Below, one piece after another: positions 58,916 to 64,000 of a stretch of DNA of 64,000 nucleotides (position 1 is its first letter; every line of letters begins with the position of its first letter). A program made the position numbers and the translations under genes. The notes under the pieces are model-generated. The model saw only the letters and a program-made list of their open reading frames with translations. It did not search any database and was not told the DNA's origin. The DNA lies in NCBI GenBank assembly GCA_025558095.1, contig JAIVFI010000001.1, positions 806,001 through 870,000 of the forward strand, given 5' to 3'. Source of the stretch: Hyaloraphidium curvatum SAG 235-1 (lineage: Eukaryota; Fungi; Monoblepharomycota).

Positions 58916-60309
58916 TCACTGAGATTCCCCCGGCGCCAACAGCTTCGCCTCTTCCGCGCCATTGGCTGTGGGCGCTGCAACCGCCGGAGGCGGCTGCGGT
59001 GGGGGAGGTTGCGCCTGATTCGGCGCCGTCTGCAGCCGCTGGTCGAGCGCTTTTAACGCCAGCGCCCTGGATAGTTCCGGCGATGATGAGTGGCAGACGG
59101 ACGTCGCGGCCTCTGGATCCCACCTTCTGCGCTCTGCGTCGGGCCCGTCGCCGGCACCAGAAGCCCCGGTTCTAGAGATGGGTAGCTCGTAAGCACCGCG
59201 ACCCGCACCGGTCAACGGGGCGCAGATGCGCAGCGTGACCATGAGGTTGAAGCACGAGTTGGAGAGCGGCATAATGAACGGGTGCAGGGCATCGGGCCAG
59301 AAACTGGCGAAACTGAAGGTTTCGGATCGGTCCCCCCGGATGCCTGTGGAAACGTGTGACTACAAGCGCAAGCGGCGCAGCCGTGTCCTCCCCACCGTCT
59401 TGGACCTGGGGACATCACCACGTGAGCCAAAGCCCATACGAAACGCGGCCCGGGCCCGACAAGGTCAACCCACCTTGTAGAACCGGATGTAGATCCAGGA
59501 GGCGATCGTCCCATACAATGCCATGAGGAATGGCACGTGGAATACACGGGCAAAGAAGAGCACGGCGTACACGAGGAGAAAGATGGACGGAAGGTACTGG
59601 CCGCCAAGTCAGGACCGCGCGAGACATCTGCAACGCACCCCGGTACCTTGACGCGGATCGAGAAAAAGTCACGGAAGAAAGATAGCCGGTGCTCCGGAAC
59701 GAGCTGCTTGAACGCGACCAGGAACCCGGACAGCAGTCCGACCAATCCGATCGCCTCCGTTTCGTAGCTGCGGGGCCGTGACCGTCATCGCAAGGCATCC
59801 CTGGGTCCGGGGAGCAACGCACATGTACTCTGGAGCCCGCGTAACCGAGTACTCGGCGAGCATGGTTATGCAGGTGAGGAGTGACGTCGACACCGTCACC
59901 AGGAGCGCGAAGATGAGGAACTGCCTGTTGCGCACTTAAATCAGCGACGCCCACGGGAGTGGAACTTGGCAACATGCCTCGAGCCCCAGGCGACCTCCAG
60001 ATAGCGTCCCCCGAACAGGAGGCACACGACGTTCGTCAGGAGCTGCGCGGCGAGAGACCACAGTCAAGACCAGGCCCTTGTGACGCGTCCCACGCCAATC
60101 GCCACCGTCAAGATGTTGCTTTCGTGCAGGCCCGCCGTCAGGAAGGTCCACGGGTACCAGAGGGCGAATGCCGGCACCATGGCCACCAGCGGGGCCGTCT
60201 TGCCGCCCCCATTCCGCAAGACGAACCCGACGCCGGAAAGCACGATCGAAGCCGCGACCAGCGCCCGCGTCACGGGTGCCCCGCGAAGTAGAGTCGCGAT
60301 ATTGCTCAT
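58916..60309 (-). CDS. TMEM115: TMEM115/DUF1751 rhomboid-like Golgi membrane protein, spliced
   Basis: WYPWTFLTAGL, GFLVAFKQLVPEH, SWIYIRFY, DAERRRALALKALDQRL. Confidence 0.85.
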
Positions 60310-60414
60310 TGTGACGCGCGCCGCGCGTAGTACATCTATACGTGTCGCGCGGTAGTGCGTATAGCGGTCTCAGCCGCACGGCGGCACGCCGGCGGCACTG
60401 CTGGGGACGTTTGG

Positions 60415-63400
60415 ATGGCTAGACGCGCTCGGGATGACAATGATGTCGAGGCGACCGTGCGCTCGCTCCTCGAGGAGCTCCGAGCCTCGCCGGCAGACTC
60501 GTTCGCCACCCAGATCGACGTTCTGGTACTGGGTCTGCCCTCTGGCCGCGCGAACGTGCTGACCGGCCGTCGGCCACAGAATGAACTGAACCGGCTTTGT
60601 CGGAGCTACAATTTGTTGCGGGACCTGGAGGCGATATGGGATGGGGTTGGGGGCCTGCTCGGGTCCGACGACCCCGGAGTTCGCAAGGCAGTCTGGAATT
60701 TCATGATCGCTTGCGTCGAAGGCAACCACGACAATCTGGGACCGCTCAGGATCGTGTTTTTTCGGACAGTGGAGGGCGGGTCGCGCGACCCGGCGGACCT
60801 GTCGTTCGCGGTGCAGCTCCTCGCCCGGCTGACTCTGGACGGGCGCGACATCAGCGGAATGGATGGGGATGTTGCCGTGGTTCTGCATCGCTGGATATCA
60901 TTGGCAATCGTGTCGGACTCCAAAGACAAGTGAGAGACGGCGGTCCGGGCCAGGTGCGGGTCGCTAAGGACTCGCGGTCGATTCGAGCAGATCGGGTCAC
61001 CCGTCCGTCTTTGCGGGTTCGGACGCCCTCGTCGGGGAAGTGCTCAAGATCCTGAACTTGATCAGCAACATCCTCAAGTTCAGCGCACCTCTGCTAGACA
61101 CCGCGGCCACCACGTCTGTCCTTTGCGACACTTGCACCGTCGCGCAAGCAGCACTGGCCGTCTTGTTTAACCCGACAGAGTATTCTGGTGGGAACGACAG
61201 CCATTTGGTTGGGCGAGGCTCCTCTGACAAGCCCCGCCTTCCGAAGCTGCGCCGCAGGAAGTCATCACTGTTTCGCTCCAGATCCTCGACGTCGCCGTAA
61301 GATACGCGTCCGTGCCATTCTCGGCCCTCGAGCAGGTTGTCAGGCTGCTTTGCAAGACGGTGAACCTGGGTTCAAGCTTCGACTCCAGCTGGGCCATCAT
61401 GCGCAATCTTCTCAAGTCCCACTGTGCCTACACGGCCGTGAACCTGATGTGCGAGATCATGGACCCCGGCGAGGATCGCGGGGGCATTCCCTTGGACGAA
61501 TCTGTTGTCAGGGGCGCCGTTTTGTTCGTGGGGATGGCCTGCTGGGGCGCCCAGCGCGTCCAAACACTGCTCTTCACCTACGGTCAGCTGCTACCCTCGA
61601 TGATCGCCACCTTGGCTCAACAGTCCGAGATCGTTGACCATGAGGTTCTCCTGAGCGTCAACAGGCTGGTCAAGAAGTACGGCGGCGATCTCACGGTCCT
61701 GGAATGGAACTGCGTCCTTGAGGTTTTGCAGAAGCTTCGGAGGCACTGCTACATGTCGTCCGACCGGGACTTCGGCGTTACCTGGAGGCTTGGGGACGAC
61801 GTTGACTCTTCCGGTGCGGGTCAGTCTAGCATCGTGCAGCTCTACAACAGCCTGCTGGTGGCAACCAGGTCTCACCTGTCGACGGGGGCGCCGTCGGTCA
61901 GCGCGGAGCTCGATGTGTTCTACGACCTCGTGCTTGAACTCGCGCGCGGACCGTCTGTCGGTGGCGGTCGCGCCCGGTCTCTTTCGGGTGGAGGAGCGCC
62001 GGCCCAACCGGCGATCCTTTCGCAGGGCATCGTCTCTGGCATGCTGGATTACTTCCACAAGTCCGGCCGCTTAAATCTCCTGGATCCGGCGGGAATCGAT
62101 CTGTTTTCGACGATCTGTGTGCTCTTTTTCGTCGTGGATCAGCGACCTCGCATCCGAGCCCAGGTGCTTGCCATGCTGGAACGCCTGTATGCTCCCTCGG
62201 TCGGCACAGGCTTAGTGGATCGGATACTCCTTCCCCATGTGTTTGCTCGACTCCCGGAGGAAACGGATCCTCAAATTGCGGCAGGCTGTCTGCAGTTGCT
62301 GGCCGCGGCTTTGGGCGACGGGTTTGGCGGGAGCGCGACGGACGCCCATTTCCATTCTTTCGTGGGACTTCTCTTCGATTGCGCTTCGTCCTCCTCCCCT
62401 GTTGGGGCACAGGCCGCGGCGGTGCTTGCCGACACTTTCGTCGCTTGCTTTCAAGGCCGGCAACCGGCTCGTTTCGCCCCGACCATATTCTTGGAGCTCG
62501 TCAAGTTTCTGGGAAGGACTGATGCGAATGCAGCTGCACGCTTGGAAACGCTGAAGCTTCTTGCACAGCTGCGCGCGGACCGCCAACACAGGGTCCGCTT
62601 GGAGGGACTGCGGGGGCGGCGCCTTCGAGGCGTAATGCCTGCGGCAGGGGACGATGCCTCCGCGCCGTCAGAAGGATCCATGCTCCTGTTCTCGGCAGTG
62701 GTCAGTTTCCGCGAGGAGGAGGGCAGTACCAAGGGCCAGACGGTCTCGTTCGGGGATGATGGCATGCAGGACGATCTCGCTTCCGATACCACCAAAAGAC
62801 AGCCGGATGGCGAGGAAGCTGTGGGCCAATCCGACGTCCTTCTCCCAGTTTCAGCCTATGTCGAGCAGCTGACTGCTCTAATGCGCGCCGAAAAGGATTG
62901 GGACGTGTTCTCCGCCGTCGTTGTGCTTTTGCCGAAGCAGCTGGCGAACTTCACGCTGTTTAGGGGCTGCCGCGTATCTCTGAACGCCCTCCGTGCAGGA
63001 CTGTGCGAAAGCATCACTTCGGACCTGCTGGCGCCGCAGCTTGTTCTTGCAAAGGGTGCCAAACGGGCGGACGTGTACCTGCAGGCCTACCGCTTGCTGA
63101 CCTCGCTGATGCCGTACAAGGGTTTCTTCGCCAAAGCGGGCCTCGACGACATGGTGCTCGCGTTCCAACTTGGGCTGACGAAGTGGCCGACGACCGCCAG
63201 ACCTTGCGTCCATTCACTTCTGCAGTGTTTGCATGAGGTGCCTTCGAGCATGGTGAAGTTTCTGCCCAACACTCTCGTCAGGATGGCCCAGGTCATTTCC
63301 ACAACATCGCTTTCTGTGCACATCCTGGAGTTCCTCTCGGTCCTCGCGCGCATGCCTTCACTGTACAGCAATTTTGTGGAGGCGGACTTCAAGAGGGTGT

Positions 63401-64000
63401 TTGGAATCGCTTTGCACTACATTCAGCATTCTTCGGCCGTAACGAGCGCTGGTCAAGTGTCGGCGCCCAACAGTTACGCTTTGGGCCAGTTTGTCATCTA
63501 CCTGTCATACCACGTCGTCACGGTGTGGTTCATGAACCTGCCAGTTCGGGAACGTCGACGTTATGTTCCCTTCATCGTGCACTATCTCGCGCTCGCCAAC
63601 GGCCCCGCACCTGCTCTGGACGAGAGGATCGAGGTCCTGGTGGACATGCTCCTGCGATACGCGTATTCGAACTCCCAGGCCAAACCGCAGCGCGGCCTGC
63701 TCGACGAGCTGTTGTTTGGCGAGCTTTCGGCGACCAGCCAAGTGATTTCCAGGTCGTGGGCGCAAGGTTAGCACTTGTGTGTGAATCCGTTTCCGCGCTC
63801 TCTGACGTTCTTCCAAAGGCGGAAGCCTCGTCACCGCTCGGACGATCCGGTCCCTCGGATGGTGCGAACTTACCGTACGGCGCCCCTCCGGCACCGCCAA
63901 ATTGCTCATTAGGTTGGAGAACCGGCTCAAAGGCGAAGAAGCGGACTTTGCGAGGGCGCTCTTCCCCATGGCACATTTGGGATTCGAGACGGTGGACGAC
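60415..64000 (+). CDS. TSC2: Tuberin (TSC2), 3' partial
   Basis: SWAIMRNLLKSH, RGAVLFVGMACWG, EVLLSVNRLVKKYG, LPKQLANFTLF, HILEFLSVLARMPSLYSNFVEADFKRVFGIALHY, YHVVTVWF, GWCELTVRRPSG. Confidence 0.94.

Overview
Gene-dense, intron-rich, GC-rich eukaryotic DNA. The gene set (LRRC6/DNAAF11, SCAI, METTL15, CTC1, Sos7/Kre28, PSP1, Mit_KHE1, TSC2) points to an early-diverging, probably zoosporic-lineage fungus; this is inference. About 27 conserved housekeeping genes are tightly packed, mostly on alternating strands: TRS31, RSM27, RPB5, PFD6, Mit_KHE1, METTL15, SWIM-RING, SCAI, LRRC6, PSP1, pyroglutamyl peptidase, NDUFB10, cytochrome b5 reductase, Sos7, VMA10, RPL3, CTC1, APC2, SDO1, VPS13, HECT E3, UBA2, CRD1, TMEM115 and TSC2, plus one orphan gene. 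Two non-housekeeping islands (about 14.9-19.0 kb and 26.3-31.5 kb) break this packing. Each carries a 2.4-2.9 kb mosaic array of shared non-coding modules, and the spacings between module copies are close to multiples of ~150 bp. The arrays are inverted relative to each other and bracket six housekeeping genes. Each ends in the same ~0.9 kb module just upstream of an outward-pointing gene: degenerate MYND-finger genes on the left, an atypical Ser/Thr kinase on the right. This arrangement is the main candidate for an undescribed system. All annotation was done by eye, so exon and repeat boundaries are approximate.
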